The notes under the pieces are model-generated. The model had not been told where the DNA came from and ran no database searches. It saw nothing but the letters and a program-made list of their open reading frames with translations. DNA of 64,000 bases from Mustelus asterias (taxonomy: Eukaryota), in NCBI RefSeq assembly GCF_964213995.1, contig NC_135808.1, positions 32,736,001-32,800,000 on the forward strand, written 5' to 3'. Position 1 is the stretch's first letter, and every line of letters starts with the position of its first letter. The translations under genes and the position numbers were made by a program. Shown one piece after another: positions 22,503-36,260 of this stretch.

Positions 22503-25500
22503 CAGAGAAACTTCTCAGGAGCCATGTGAAGGAACGGTGCTTGGTTCCGTGTGAAATACGTTCCACCCACTGTCCACCCCCAGCGAAGCAAGGCTCAAAA
22601 CAGTTACCTGCAGGATTAGTGGGGCCCATCTCTGGTGTACCTGTGCAAATAGAAGGAGTTTATGCAAGAGCTTTGCTTGACAGTGGCTCCCAAGTAACCA
22701 TTTTGTATCGCAACTTCTACGACACTTACCTGAAACACTTACCTCTCCAGCCACTTGAAGACCTGGAAATATGGGGTTTAAGCTCTCACCAATACCCATA
22801 TGATGGCTACCTGTCCATACAACTCGAGCTCACTGCCGCTGTAACCGGAGTGCCGCAGACAGTTGACACTTTGGCCTTAGTATGTCCTGACCCTGTGAAA
22901 GATGACAACATTGCCGTGCTGGTGGGGACAAATACCCGGCTGGTGAGAGAGTTGGTGGAGTCCTGTAAAGAACAGGCGGGAGAACGCTTCTTGGGTACTT
23001 TGACCATACACCCCGTCCTCCGAGAAGCTTATGAGACACTCACCCAGGCTGAAACAACAGAAGGGGTAGACAAGCATGGTACTGTGTGGTTTACCCAGCA
23101 CAAGCCAATCACCTTGCAATCAGGACAAGTGTTTAAAGTCACTGGCCTCCCAAAGTTTCCTGGTGATTTCACAGACCAGCTAGCACTGGTAGATCAGCCT
23201 ATTGACACTTTTTCCCCTGAAGAGTTGTGGGTGAGGCCTGAGGTTCATCTTGCATCAGTTGTTTCCAGCAGACGCATTACTGTGACTGTGAAGAACCTGT
23301 CATCCAGAGAAATCTCCTTGAAACGTGGGACTCCAGTAGCCCATATTTTTCCAGTAGCCCCTGTTCCTCTGCCGAGGGCACAGTGTGCGGATAAAGCTGC
23401 AATCGAACTGACCCCTTCCTCTTTTGACTTTGGAGCCTCTCCTATGCCAGAGGAGGCAAGGAGGCGTCTCTGTGAGAGAATGATGGAGAGGAAAGAGGTT
23501 TTCTCTCAGCACGAGTGGGATGTAGGTTGTTCTAAAAGCACCAGACATGAAATAAGACTGAAGGATGCAAGGCCCTTCCGAGAGAGGTCACATCGCTTGT
23601 CGCCTGCTGACTTTGAGGATGTGTGCCAGCACCTATAGGAACTACAAAGTCATGGCATCATCTCTGAATCGCGTAGTCCCTACGCATCGCCAATAGTAGT
23701 CGTACGCAAGAAGTCAGGGAAGGTACGAATGTGCGTGGACTACCGAACCCTTAACCTTCGAACAATACCGGACCAGTACACTGTCCCAAGGATAGAAGAC
23801 GCTCTTCACTGCTTGTCTGGGAGTAAATGGTTCACAGTCCTCAACCTGAGGAGTGGGTACTATCAAATACCCATGAGTGAGGCTGACAAGGAGAAGACCG
23901 CTTTTATCTGCCCATTGGGTTTTTATCAGTTCGAACGCATGCCTCAGGAAATTTCAGGAGCACCGGCCACTTTTCAGAGAGTCATGGAACGTACTGTCGG
24001 CGACATGAACTTTCTGGAGGTGTTGGTGTACCTGGATGATCTCATTGTGTTTGGACGAACCCTCGAAGAACACGAGGATCGGTTGCTCAAAGTGCTTGAC
24101 CGGCTCCAAGAAGAAGGTCTGAAGCTGTCGCTTGACAAGTGCCAGTTTGGCAGGACTTCTGTCACCTACGTTGGACATGTAGTGTCGCAGGACGGAATAG
24201 CGACAGACCCATCCAAGGTAGAGGCTGTTGTCTCCTGGCCAAGACTCCAAACGGTGACAGAGCTCAGATCCTTCCTTGGATTTTGTGGCTACTATCGCCG
24301 CTTTGTCAAGGACTTCTCCAAACTCTGCCGTCCCCTCAACGGACTCCTTCAAGGATATCCTCCCCGTCCCTGCTCCAGGGGGAGTCAGACTGCAAACTCA
24401 TCTGACAAGACTTACTTCAAGCCTTCTGAACCCTTTGGCTCTCGGTGGAGTGAGCAATGCGATCATGCTTTCCAAGGACTCAAGACCCGGCTCACCAAAG
24501 CCCCTGTATTGGCATTCGCAGATCCACAGAAGCCTTACATTCTGCACGTGGCTGTTAGCCTGGACGGACTAGGTGGTGTCTTATACCAAGAGCATGATGA
24601 TGGTCTACGCCCAGTTGCATTCATCAGCAGAAGTCTCTCGCCATCTGAGAAAAACTATCCAGCGCACAAACTGGAGTTTTTAGCTCTCAAGTGGGCTATT
24701 GTGGATAAGCTACATGACTATCTTTACGGAGCTACTGTACAAGTCAGAATGGACAACAATCCCCTGACATACGTCACAACGTCAGCTAAACTGGATGCCA
24801 CTGGTCATCACTGGCTCTCAGCACTGTCCACCTACAACTTTAGCCTTAAGTATAGACCAGGCCAGCATAACCTTGACGCAGACTCATTGTCTCGACGTCC
24901 ACATGACAGCATGACACCAGATGATGAATGGCAAGAAATCCCAGTTCCAGGAGTGCGGGCTCTCTGTCAGACTGTGTCGAGTAGCACACAAGCAGGACAC
25001 TCCTATCCATGTGTGATCGAACAAATAGGGGCTCATGTGTCTGCAGTTCCCAAGGCTTTCTGTCATACCGTTGCAGTAGTAGCTGATCAGCTGCCCAATT
25101 TCAGTCCAGCAGAGCTTCAAGCTGCTCAGAAAAGCGACCCGTGTATAGGAGAAATATGGCTAGCTGTCAATCAGAAGGCAACGGCAAGTCAAATACAGAC
25201 AAACCATCCTGATCTTACACTTCTGAAACGAGAGTGGGGGAAGTGGTCAATCGAGCAGCGTCTGCTTTACAGGACAGTCAAACAGTCTGACCTACGCTTA
25301 CGGCGACAGCTTGTGCTCCCCAAGCAGTTCCACCGTATGATTCTGAAGTCACTGCATGACAACAATGGACATCTGGGATTTGACAAGACCTATGCACTCG
25401 TATGTGACAGATTCTTCTGGCCCCGCATGAAGCTCGACGTAGAGACATACTGCAAGACATGTGAACGCTGCATTAAGAGAAAGACTCTGCCACAGAGAGC

Positions 25501-27055
25501 AGCACCACTTTCCCACATCCAAAGTTCAGGCCCTATGGATCTTGTATGCATTGACTTTCTCTCCATAGAACCTGATTCCCGCAATGTGTGCAATGTGTTG
25601 GTAGTCACTGACCACTTCACTCGGTATGCACAAGCATTCCCAACCAAGGATCAGAGAGCCATAACGGTTGCCAGAACTCTATGGGAGAAATACTTCATTC
25701 ACTACGGCCTACCAACTCGCATACATTCAGACCAGGGTCGGGATTTTGAAAGCCAGTTGGTGAGAGAAATGTTGACCATGTTGGGTGTGAGGAAATCAAG
25801 AACTTCACCATACCACCCACAAGGTGACCCTCAACCAGAGAGGTTCAATAGAACCCTGTTGAACATGCTAGGAACTCTTGAGCCCAGTCAAAAGTCCAAA
25901 TGGAGTCAGCACATTGCACATCTGGTCCACGCGTACAACTGTACCCCAAATGAAGCTACCGGATATTCACCCTACTTTTTAATGTTTGGGAGGGAAGCCA
26001 GACTTCCTGTGGACGTTTGCTTTGGCGTGTCAGCGGATGGGACCTCAACAACTTCCCACTTGCAGTTTGTGTCGAAGATGAAGAAAGAGCTGCAAGCAGC
26101 CTATCAGTTGGCCCAAGCCACTTCTGCGAAAATGAACCAAAGTAACGAGGAGAGGTATGACCAGAGAGTGCGCTACCATTGCTTGAAGCCTGGGGATAGA
26201 GTCCTCATTCGAAACTTTGGCCTGAAAGGGAAACAGAAGCTTGCTGATCGGTGGAGTGCAAATCCTTATGTGGTTGAGAGTCAAATGTCTGATCTTCCTG
26301 TTTATCGTCTAAAGCCTGCAGATGGTTCGGGACCCATTAAGGTCATGCACCGAAATCATATTTTGCCCCTGGGACAAGAGGTCAAATTGAGCACTGAGGT
26401 TGACTCAAAGCCTACTCCCTCTCCAAGAGCCCTCAGGCGCAGAAAAGCAAAAGAAAGGAATCAAACTCCTGAGGTTCACAAAGATGACTCCGCAGCTGAT
26501 GTGCCCCTGGGAGATCAAAACTCTTCAGACTCAGAGTCAGAGTATGGACATTACCCAGAGGACTTGATCATTGACAATCCGGAGGGAATCTGTGAACAAC
26601 CGGAACAGGATGTCATGCCTACAGAGTCCAATCCCCTCACAAATGCTACAGAAGTGACAGAAGTCGCAGCGAGCTCAGAATCTTCAGAAGGGCTACCTGT
26701 TGTGATAGAAGAGGGAGTAACTGAGCAAAGGGAAGTAGAATCAGACAGTTCTGTTGAGAGCACTTACACTACAGACACATCTAACATAGCCAATCCAGAA
26801 CCAGAGATAAGGAGATCACAGAGAGAGAGAAAGCCAGCAGACCGTTTCCATTATACAAAGCTGGGAGAGCCGTGTGCAAAGTCTGTAGTTGTAGGACATA
26901 CAAGTGTTCACTCAGCTACGCCACCCACTATGCATTTTCCTGAACACTGCAATAGTTGTCATACATGGTGGTGTAACTCCTTTGCTCAGTGCTCGTCATG
27001 TATAAATAAGGTACCACTCTTTTCACCCACTATTATACCAGTCATCACACTATAA
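22403..27055 (+). pseudogene. pol: Gypsy Pol (PR-RT-RH-IN) in the -1 frame to gag, one in-frame stop
   Basis: LLDSGSQ, YLDD, HHCC, CIDF/HSDQG/PERFNRTL. TAG at 23636-23638 separates two same-frame ORFs. RT first Asp reads LNL and RNase H Asp reads HVAVS. Confidence 0.93.
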
Positions 27056-27974
27056 GGTACATGGTGTAATTGGTTAACTGGGTCCTATGTCATGTACTTC
27101 AGCATGGGGGCATGCTGTATTTTTGGTGGGGGGAGAATGTAAGGGACTGAGGAAAATTTGTGGGGAAGCCGTTTACCAGTGTTCTTTGTCCCTTGTGGGT
27201 TTCAGTGTCCTGTTTGCGGGGCGGGTGCTGTGAACAGGATGCTGTTGGTTGAGTGATGTGGGCTGGGCCAATGGGATTGCTCTGGGGGCGGGAGGAAAAA
27301 AAGGCGCCAGGAAGTGAAGCAGCTGCAGAGCTGAAGAGGGAGAGAGCTGAAGAGGGAGAGAGCTGAAGAGGGAGTGTGCAGAGAGAGAGAGCTTTTTCCG
27401 GGCAGTGAGAATTCGGTTTGGAGTGAGAGGCAGCCAGGCGTTCCCCTGCCTGTTCTTTTCATTACTGCCGAGGAGGACAGCCTTCAGTGCACTTGACCTA
27501 CTTTCCTGCACGGATAGCTCGCGGCACCTCTGCCTCCTGCGGCATCATCTTCCACACGTGTGTCTCTTCTGGACTGTGTGTGTGTGTGTCGTGAGTACCT
27601 GGTGGGGACTATACAATCCAACTGGAACAGTATCTACAAATGTGTTACTGAGGATGAGTTTCCCCATGTGTGCACCAACGGATGGGCCCCAACGGTTATA
27701 GATCAGAGCTCACTGTTTTATGTCTGTTAATTATAATTGTTATTAAATTTATTTTTGATATTCCGATTACAGGACTGACATTTATGGGTAAACAGGGAAT
27801 TAGCCAAATCAACATCAACCGCTAGGAATTCGGGATCCTGTTGATTGAATATTTAAATAGTAGCCCCATATAGTGGTCAGCAGGGGGTTACAAAGGTATT
27901 CATGGCCATTTGTTTGTAAGCAGCCAATAGTTACAGTGGAGATAGTCTGATGGCCTCACCAATTTCAGTAAAAT

Positions 27975-28655
27975 ATCCCTATTCCTGTACTCAAATCCTC
28001 TCGCTATGAAGGCAAGCATACCACTGCCTGCTGTACCTGCACGCTTACTTTCAGCAACTGATGCACAAGGACACCAAGGTCTGAGTATCCACCTCTATCA
28101 ATTTACACCCATTCAAATAATAATCCGCCTTCCTATATTTGTTACCAAACTGGATCACCTCACATTTATCCACATTGTATTCCATCTGCCATGCATATGC
28201 TCACACACTCAGCCTGTCCAAATCACGCTGAAGCATGTCTGCACCCTCCTCACAACTCACCCTCACACCCAACTTTGTATCTACCCAGCTGCAAATTTGG
28301 AGATAATACATTTAGTTCCATCTTCAAAACCATTAATATATAATGTGAACAGTTGAGGTGCGAACACAGATCCCTGCGGAACCCTACTAGTCACTGACGA
28401 CCAATCAGCAAAAGACCCATTTATTCCAACTCTTTGCTTCCTATCTGCTAACCAGCTTTCCATCCATCGCCAGACGCTACCTGTAATCCCGTGCGCATTA
28501 ACTTTACAGAGTAGTCTGTTTTGTGAGACCTTGTCAACAGCCTTTTGAAAATCTAAATAAACCACATCCACTGGTTCTCCTCAGTCAACTCTACTCGTTA
28601 CATACTCAAAGAATTCCAGTAGATTCGTCAAGCATGATTTCCCCTTTGTAAATCT
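27975..28655 (-). mobile_element. CR1 LINE fragment
   Basis: DVVYLDFQKAVDKV...VPQGSV...KFA. Confidence 0.85.
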
Positions 28656-29150
28656 CTCCCCAAAAGTCTGTGTGTGCTGGGAGACAGCTGATATTTTCCA
28701 CATTGAGATGGAGAGATTTTTATTGGGTCAGAGCAGCGAGAGATATGGAGCAATAGTGGGGAAATGGAGCAGAGGAACAGACCAGTCAGGATGTGAATGA
28801 ATGGTGGAACACAATCAAGGGGCTGAATGGCTGGCTGCTGTTGCTAAATTTCACATGCACATCCGCACACTACAGTAACCACAGAACAGTTCGACAGTTC
28901 CTTACCCGACTGATGGAGCTTGGGCTCTGCCAGGCTGCTGTGTTCAATTTGACAGGAGTATCAAAATTGATCGAGTTTTTCGAGGAAGTGACGAAGATGA
29001 TTGATGAGGGTCGGGCAGTGGATGTTGTCTACATGGACTTCAATAAGGACTTTGACAAGGTCCCTCATGGCAGACTGGTGCAGAAGGTGTAGTCGCATGG
29101 GATCAGAGATGAGCTGGCAAGATGGATACAGAACTGGCTCGGTCAAAGAA

Positions 29151-29199
29151 CAGTAAGAAGTCTCACAACACTAGGTTAAAGTCCAACAGGTTTATTTGA
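29151..29199 (-). mobile_element. 49-bp Penelope pLTR fragment
   Basis: cagtaagaagtctcacaacactaggttaaagtccaacagg flanked by the 13-bp duplication ctcggtcaaagaa. Confidence 0.75.
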
Positions 29200-29489
29200 C
29201 TCGGTCAAAGAAGACAGAAGGTAGCAGTGGAAGGGTGTTTCTGAATGGAGGGCTGTGACAAGTGGTGTTCCTCAGGGATCAGTACTGGGACGTTTGCTGT
29301 TTGTAATATATATAAATGATTTGTAGGAAAATGTAACTGGATTGATTCGTAATTTTGCGGACGACACAAAGGTTGGCGGATTTGCGGATAGCGATGAGGA
29401 CCATCAGAGGATACAGCAGGATATAGATCAGTAGGAGACCTGGGCGGAGAGATGGCAGATGGAGTTTAATCCGGACAAATGTGAGGTAA

Positions 29490-31079
29490 AAACGAGAATA
29501 TAAAGACTGACAAATCCCCAGGGCCTGATGGAATCTATCCAAGGCTGCTCAGGGAGCCGAGAGGTGAAATCGTTTTGCCTCTGACGCAAATCTTTGTCTC
29601 GTCACTGGACACAGGTGAGGTCCCAGAGGATTGGAGGATAGCCAATGTGGTCCCGTTATTTAAGAAGGGTAGGAAGGATAACCCGGGTAATTATAGGCCG
29701 GTGAGCTTGACGTCCGTGGTGGGGAAGTTGTTGGAGAAGATTCTTAAAGATAGGATGTATGCGCATTTAGAAAGGAATAAACTCATTAACGATAGTCAAC
29801 ATGGTTTTGTGAGAGGGAGGTCATGCCTCACTAACCTGGTGGTGTTTTTTGAAGAAGTGACCAAAATGGTTGACGAAGGAAGGGCCGTCGATGTTGTCTA
29901 TATGGACTTTAGTAAAGCGTTTGACAAAGTCCCTCATGGTAGGCTAGTGAAAAAGGTTGGATCCCATGGGATAAAGGGGGAGGTGGCTAGATGGGTGGAG
30001 AACTGGCTTGGTCATAGAAGACAGAGGGTGGTAGTGGAAGGGTCTTTTTCCGGCTGGAGGCCTGTGACTAGTGGTGTACCGCAGGGCTCTGTATTGGGAC
30101 CTCTGCTGTTTGTGATTTATATAAATGATCTGGAAGAAGGAGTAACTGGGGTGATCAGTAAGTTTGCGGACGACACAAAACTGGCAGGACTTGCAGACAG
30201 TGAGGAACATAGTCAGAGGCTACAGAAGGATATAGATAGGCTGGAAATTTGGGCAAGGAAATGGCAGATGGAGTTCAATCCTGATAAATGCGAAGTGATG
30301 CATTTTGGTGGGAATAATGTAGGGAGGAGCTACACGATAAATGGAAGAACCATAAAGGGTGTTGAGACGCAGAGGGACCTGGGTGTGCAAGTCCACAGAT
30401 CTTTGAAGGTGACGTCACAGGTGGAGAAGGTGGTGAAGAAGGCATATGGCATGCTTGCCTTTATAGGACGGGGCATAGAGTATAAAAGTTGGGGTCTGAT
30501 GTTGCAGATGTATAGAACGTTGGTTCGGCCGCATTTGGAATACTGCGTCCAGTTCTGGTTGCCACACTACCAGAAGGACGTGGAGGCTTTGGAGAGAGTA
30601 CAGAGGAGGTTTACCAGGATGTTGCCTGGTATGGAGGGGCTTGGTTATGAGGAGAGATTGGGGAAACTGGGGTTGTTCTCCTTGGAAAGACGGAGGATGA
30701 GGGGAGACTTAATAGAGGTGTATAAAATTATGAAAGGCATGGATAGGGTGAACGGTGGGAAGCTTTTCCCCGGGTCGGTGGTGACGTTCACGAGGGGTCA
30801 TAGGTTCAAGGTGAAGGGGGGGAGGTTTAACACAGATATCAGAAGGACATATTTCACACAGAGGGTCGTGGGGGCCTGGAATGTGTTGCCGGGCAAGGTG
30901 GTGGAGGCGGACACACTGGGAACGTTTGAGACTTAGGGTATTGGTATGTAGATAGGCTGGAAAATTGGGCGGGGATCCTGGATTCAGGATTCAATCCTGG
31001 ACCGGGGAGCGGCACGGGCTTGGAGGGCCGAAGGGCCTGTTCCTGTGCTGTATTGTTCTTTGTTCTTTGTTTGTTCTTT
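29490..31079 (+). mobile_element. Inner (younger) CR1 with open RT ORF 29575-30936 and a chimeric 3' end
   Basis: gtaa duplication at both ends; PGNYRPVSLTS, DFSKAFD, PQGSVLGP, FADD all in one open frame. Confidence 0.92.
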
Positions 31080-31912
31080 GTAATGCATTTTGGAAGGTCT
31101 AATACAGATAGGAAATATACTGTAAATGGCAGAACCCTTGAGAGTATTGATAGGCAAAGGGATCTGGGTGTACAGGTACACAGGCCATTGAAAGTGGCAA
31201 TGCAGGTGGAGAAGGTAGTCAAGAAGACATACGGCATGCTTGCCTTCATCAGCCGGGGTATTCAGAAGGATGTGGAGGCTTTGGAGAGGGTGCAGAAAAG
31301 ATTTACCAGGATGTTGCCTGGTATGGAGGGCATTAGCTATGAGAAGGGGTTGGAGAACCTTCGTTTGTTCTCACTGGAGTGACGGAGGTTGAGGGGAAAC
31401 CTGATAGAAGTCTACAAAATTATGAGAGGCATGGACAGAGTGGATAGTCAGAAGCTTTTTCCCAGGGTGGAAGAGTCAATTACGAGAGGGCATAGGTTTA
31501 AGGTGCGAGGGACAAGGTTTCAAGGAGATGAACGAGGCAGATTTTTTACACAGAGAGTAGTGGGTGCCTGGAACCTGTTGCCAGGGTCGGTAATGGAAGC
31601 GGATACGGTGGTGACTTTTAAGGGGTGTCTTGACAAGTACATGAATAGGATGGGAATAGAGGGATATGGTCCCCGGAAGGGTAGGGGGTTTTAGTTAAGT
31701 CGGGCAGCATGGTCAGTGCAGGCTTGGAGGGCTGAAGGGCCTGTTCCTGTGCTGTAATTTTCTTTGTTCTATTGATCCTCATCCCCAGCATTTATTTCAA
31801 TCTCTTTCTGGATCTGATAGGTCCCATCGTGGTTCGGTCGAACCCCCGAGGATAGTGTCTCAAAATTACCTCTCCATTCCCTCGCCAGGTCACCTCGATG
31901 TCGACAGGATAA

Positions 31913-32066
31913 TACACAGTAAGAGTTTTAACAACATCAGGTTAAAGTCCAACAGGTTTATTTGGTAGCAAATGCATTTGCTACCAAATAAACATGTTGG
32001 AATTTAACCTGGTGTTGTTAAAACTCGTACTGTGTTTACCCCAGTCCAACGCCGGCATCTCCACAT
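31913..32066 (+). mobile_element. Penelope pLTR-derived hairpin insertion
   Basis: About 60-bp inverted arms centred on aatgcatt (31971-31978); TSD acaggataa. Confidence 0.85.
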
Positions 32067-32944
32067 ACAGGATAAAAGCTAGTAACCAGGCAGGAGAGAG
32101 TGAGCGACTTGTACCGACTATTGGGCTCACTTCTGGAGATGAAGACTTCAGGCTGAACGGTAATGGGAAAGGGTGAAAACACAAACAATAAAACCACACT
32201 GAATGGAATGAGAGAACGGTTTGATAAATCAGTGAAGTTAGATCAGAACATGGGCTTAAAATTGAGATCAATACCTTTCCTTTTGAAATGTTCCTTTGCT
32301 CTTTGTAAATATCATTTTAAATTCTGGACACCAACTACTTTCAAACTTTGTTTTGGAAACTCATTCCGGGATTGATCTGAATCTGACTTCTCTTTAGTCT
32401 TCACTGCGAAGTGATTGGATGTGACCCATCTCTTTCGATCTGGCTCTAAACTAATATAGTCCTTTCCATCAAATCTAAACCGCATCCATCTCTTCATGGA
32501 GCCGTCTTCAATGACCTTGACAGACCATATCAATTGAAGAATGTGAATTCCTGTCAGAAACCAAAAAGGAATCAGTAATCCATTGTTCATGAAAATCTCA
32601 CACTATCCAATCAGAGAAAAAGGGGACTTGAAATTAATGATGCAAGAGGGCTAGAGAATTTCAACTGTTACTGTCTTGTTCAATATGGACAGAAAGTACC
32701 TTGTGATGGATTTGTCAGCGAAATTGAAATCCCCAGGATAAAGTAGACAACAACAGAACATATACTAATTTGGTTTAGGGATAGAAAAACTTAAGAACAA
32801 ACAGACATGAGAACAGCAGCAGGAATTTGTCATACTGCTCCACAACCCTGCTCCAACACTCAATATGATTCTGGCTAATCTTTTGCTTCAACTCCATTTT
32901 CTCAACACTACGTCACATCATTTGATTGCCCAAGTAACCAAAAC

Positions 32945-33948
32945 TCTGTCAATTCTCACCTTAAAGATACTCAATGGAAAAATGTCCACAATACTCTGAG
33001 GTAGAGAGAATTACTAAGAATCATAGAAATCATAGAAACCCTAAGCACAGAAAGAGGCCATTCGGCCCATCGAGTCTGCACCGACCACCTTCCCACCCAG
33101 GCCCTACCCCCATATCCCTACATATTTACCCACTAATCCCTCTAACCTACGCATCTCAGAACACTAAGGGCAATTTTAGCATGGCCAATCAAACTAACCC
33201 GCACATCTTTGGACTGTGGGAGGAAACCGGAGCACCCGGAGGAAACCCATGCAGACGCGAGGAGAATGTGCAAACTCCACACAGACAGTGACCCAAGCCG
33301 GGAATTGAACCCAGGTCCCTGGAGCTGTGAAGCAGCAGTGCTAACCACTGTGCTACCGTGCCGCCCGAGAAATCTTGTGCGTGGGCAATGGTCAGAAAAA
33401 TTCTCATGAGCCGCACTCAGAAGCCGGGGGGACTGCATGTGGGCCTGGAGCCTCAGATTGCCCACCACTGATCTACACCCTGCATAAGCTCCGTGATCCT
33501 GGAACTCCAGTCGGTGTTTTTCCTGCAGCCGCCACTGCCTTCCCTGTGGCGCTGCTGAGCACAAGAGCTGCCGGCTTGGGTTCCCGGCTTCCCGGCTTGG
33601 GTCACTGTCTGTGTGGAGTTTGCACATTCTCCTCGCGTCTGCATGGGTTTCCTCCGGGTGCTCCGGTTTCCTCCCACAGTCCAAAGATGTGCGGGTTAGT
33701 TTGATTGGCCATGCTAAAATTGCCCTTAGTGTTCTGAGATGCGTAGGTTAGAGGGATTAGTGGGTAAATATGTAGGGATATGGGGGTAGGGCCTGGGTGG
33801 GATTGTGGTCGGTGCAGACTCGATAGGCTGAATGGCCTCTTTCTGTGCTTAGGGTTTCTATGATTTCTATGATTCTTAGTAATTCTCTCTACCTCAGAGT
33901 ATTGTGGACATGTTACCATTGAGTATCTTTAAGGTGAGAATTGACAGA
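32945..33948. repeat. Inverted duplication, arms 32945-33304 and 33589-33948, each containing an HE1-like SINE and its flank
   Basis: Reverse-complement identity including the SINE/flank junction, with only a handful of differences. Confidence 0.9.
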
Positions 33949-33974
33949 TAAGACTCACAAGCCTTTTTTTTGTC

Positions 33975-34416
33975 ACAGACATTACCTCTCCATTCCTTAG
34001 CCAGATCACCTCGATGTCTACAGGATAAAAGCCAGTAACCAGGCAGGAGAGAGTGAGCGGCTTGTACTGACTAATGGGTTCACTTCTGGAGATGAAGACT
34101 TCAGGCTGAACTGCAAAGGGAAAGGGTGAAAATACAAACAATAAACCCACACTGAATGGAATGGGAGAACGGTTTGATAGATCAGTGAATTTAGATCAGA
34201 ACATGGGCTTAAAACTGAAATCAATACCTTTCCGTCCAAAATATTCCTTTCTGGCTTTGAATATGTTTTTAAATTCTTGACACCTACTTCCTCTGTACTC
34301 CATTTCCAAAACTTGCTCCAGGATTGACCCAAATTGCATGTCTCCTTAGTCTTCATTGCAAAGTGATTGGACGTGACCCATCTCATTCTGTCTGGCGCGA
34401 AACTAATATAGTCCTT
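33975..34416 (-). pseudogene. MHC class I-like fragment C (3' part of alpha2 34228-34416; 5' part of alpha3 33975-34110)
   Basis: DYISFAPDRMRWVTSNHFAMKTKE with a frameshift; VQPEVFISRSEP...SCLVTGFYPVDIEVIW, truncated. Confidence 0.88.
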
Positions 34417-35791
34417 ATAAATTAATCAAGAGGTGCCGGATTGGGGGGGTCTTGTTAGGCAGCTGGAAAGTCGGTTCGAGACCCCAGCTGCCTCTTGTTG
34501 CGAAGGCTGCTGAAGCACAGTCCAAGTCCACTGGCAGGCCTGGCCTTGGAATTGAGGCACCAATGGAACAGAGACAGGCTGACTGAGGCCAATCAGAGGC
34601 CAGCAGCTCTTGTGCTCAGCAGCGCCACAGGGAAGGCAGTGGCGGCTGCAGGAAAAACACCGACTGGAGTTCCAGGATCACGGAGCTTATGCAGGGTGTA
34701 GATCAGTGGTGGGCAATCTGAGGCTCCAGGCCCACATGCAGTCCCCCCGGCTTCTGAGTGCGGCTCATGAGAATTTTTCTGACCATTGCCCACGCACAAG
34801 ATTTCCACAATCTGCTGATTTCCATCTGTGTAGTTTCTTTCTACTGGCATGACTGAAGTGATATGCATGTGAAGCAAAGGCTGGAGACTGATTGCTCACA
34901 TCATTGACTGTGAGAGCCGTGCACTCCCTCTCTGTCCAAAATGTCAATATTGTTTTTGTTTTATATTTGAGGTTGGTGACAGTTCTATTAACATATAAAT
35001 CATTCAGTATTTTCTATAACTCAATATGAAATATCTATTTAATCTTATTCATGGGGTCGTGGTCAGTGGACCAGACCGACTACGTGATTGTTTTCATGAG
35101 CATGAAAAACGGGAGAGTTCCTGATCCGTTTTTTGGGCGAGTTTTCTCTCCCAATCTTACACACTCTGTCTCTGAAAATATGGGCTGGTCCATTTCTGGC
35201 CACAAGAGGCAGTGGACGGGCCTTAATTCACCAGACAGCCTGCAGCTCAGATTGGAGCTACAAACTGCGCATGCACGAAAAAAGCAAAACATAAAGCAGC
35301 TCTCGTGGCAGAACCCCCCATCTCTGGCCAAGATATAGCCTCCCCCTCTCCCCCATGGACATCGGGAACCACCCCCCCAATATTACTGACCCCGTTACCC
35401 CCCCCATCCTGCCCCACTGGGCCCACTTGCATATGGTTCCTTCATCACCACCCTGACTCCAATTGCTGAGTAACATGACCCACTCTCTCCCCTGCCTCAT
35501 CACAGAGGCACAAACTACCCCCATCAACAAATTCCACCCCCACCCCATTAGCACACCTGCAAGTGCTGACTTGGCTTCCCCTTCATGGTAACAAGGCAAA
35601 CTTCATTAAACTTGCTGAAATGCTCTAACGGGTGTGTGACCCACCCAAACTGTCGGCAACTGATCTGCCCGAACAAGGAACAGCTTCATAAAAATCCCAA
35701 GGATGGACAGAGAGGCAGGCAGTGCAGGAAGATATGGCCTCCAGGAAGACAGCTCTGAGATTTTCAGAATCTGATCTGACCAGGTCGCTGG

Positions 35792-35889
35792 GGGGCAGTG
35801 GAGGTGAGGCGGGGCAGTGGAGGTGAGGCGGGGCAGTGGAGGTGAGGCGGGGCAGTGGAGGTGAGGCGGGGCAGTGGAGGTGAGGCGGG
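35792..35889 (+). repeat. 19-bp tandem repeat x5 inside the Harbinger Myb gene
   Basis: Five perfect copies of ggggcagtggaggtgaggc. Confidence 0.95.
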
Positions 35890-36260
35890 ACACCCTCTTC
35901 CCCCAACAGGACGCCGCTTCAGTAAAAGCGATGGAAATGCAGCTTGGTAGGCAGTGGCAGCATGTGTTAGTGCGAGGGCACTGGCCAGGAGAACCGGGAA
36001 GCAGTGCCGCAAAAAACTGAGTGACCTAATCCGGGCATTCAAGGGCGAATGTTTAACCTCATTTGGCATCTTCCCACTCAATGGTCCCCAGATCCCCCAA
36101 CCCCAGCACACTGCATGCTTCCAGTCCCTGACCCCTTGGCACCACTCTCCCCCCCACCCAGGAGTATCACAACGCTTATCCTCTGAGGGCCATCCCCTGA
36201 TACCCTGCAGGAATCATGCCATCAGATTTTACATGGCTCCTTCTGTCCCCACAGGAGAAG

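Larger units (their letters stand above)
20218..27892 (+). mobile_element. Full-length Gypsy LTR retrotransposon with PNMA-like gag (defective)
   Basis: LTRs 20218-20970 and 27138-27892 (TG...CA); PBS; PPT ggtggggggagaa at 27125-27137; gag, PR, RT, RH, IN order. Confidence 0.97.
28962..31769 (+). mobile_element. Outer CR1 LINE inserted in the alpha3 exon (28962-29489 and 31080-31769)
   Basis: KCEV|MHFG reads across the nested insert; (gttct) tail at about 31765; host gagtat|tgatcctc resumes afterwards. Confidence 0.88.
28903..32550 (-). pseudogene. MHC class I-like pseudogene B: alpha2 32275-32550; alpha3 split into 32067-32157, 31770-31912 and 28906-28961
   Basis: Alpha2 has TGA at 32312-32314; the alpha3 acceptor reads CG; alpha3 is interrupted by nested CR1s and a Penelope hairpin. 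Confidence 0.9.
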
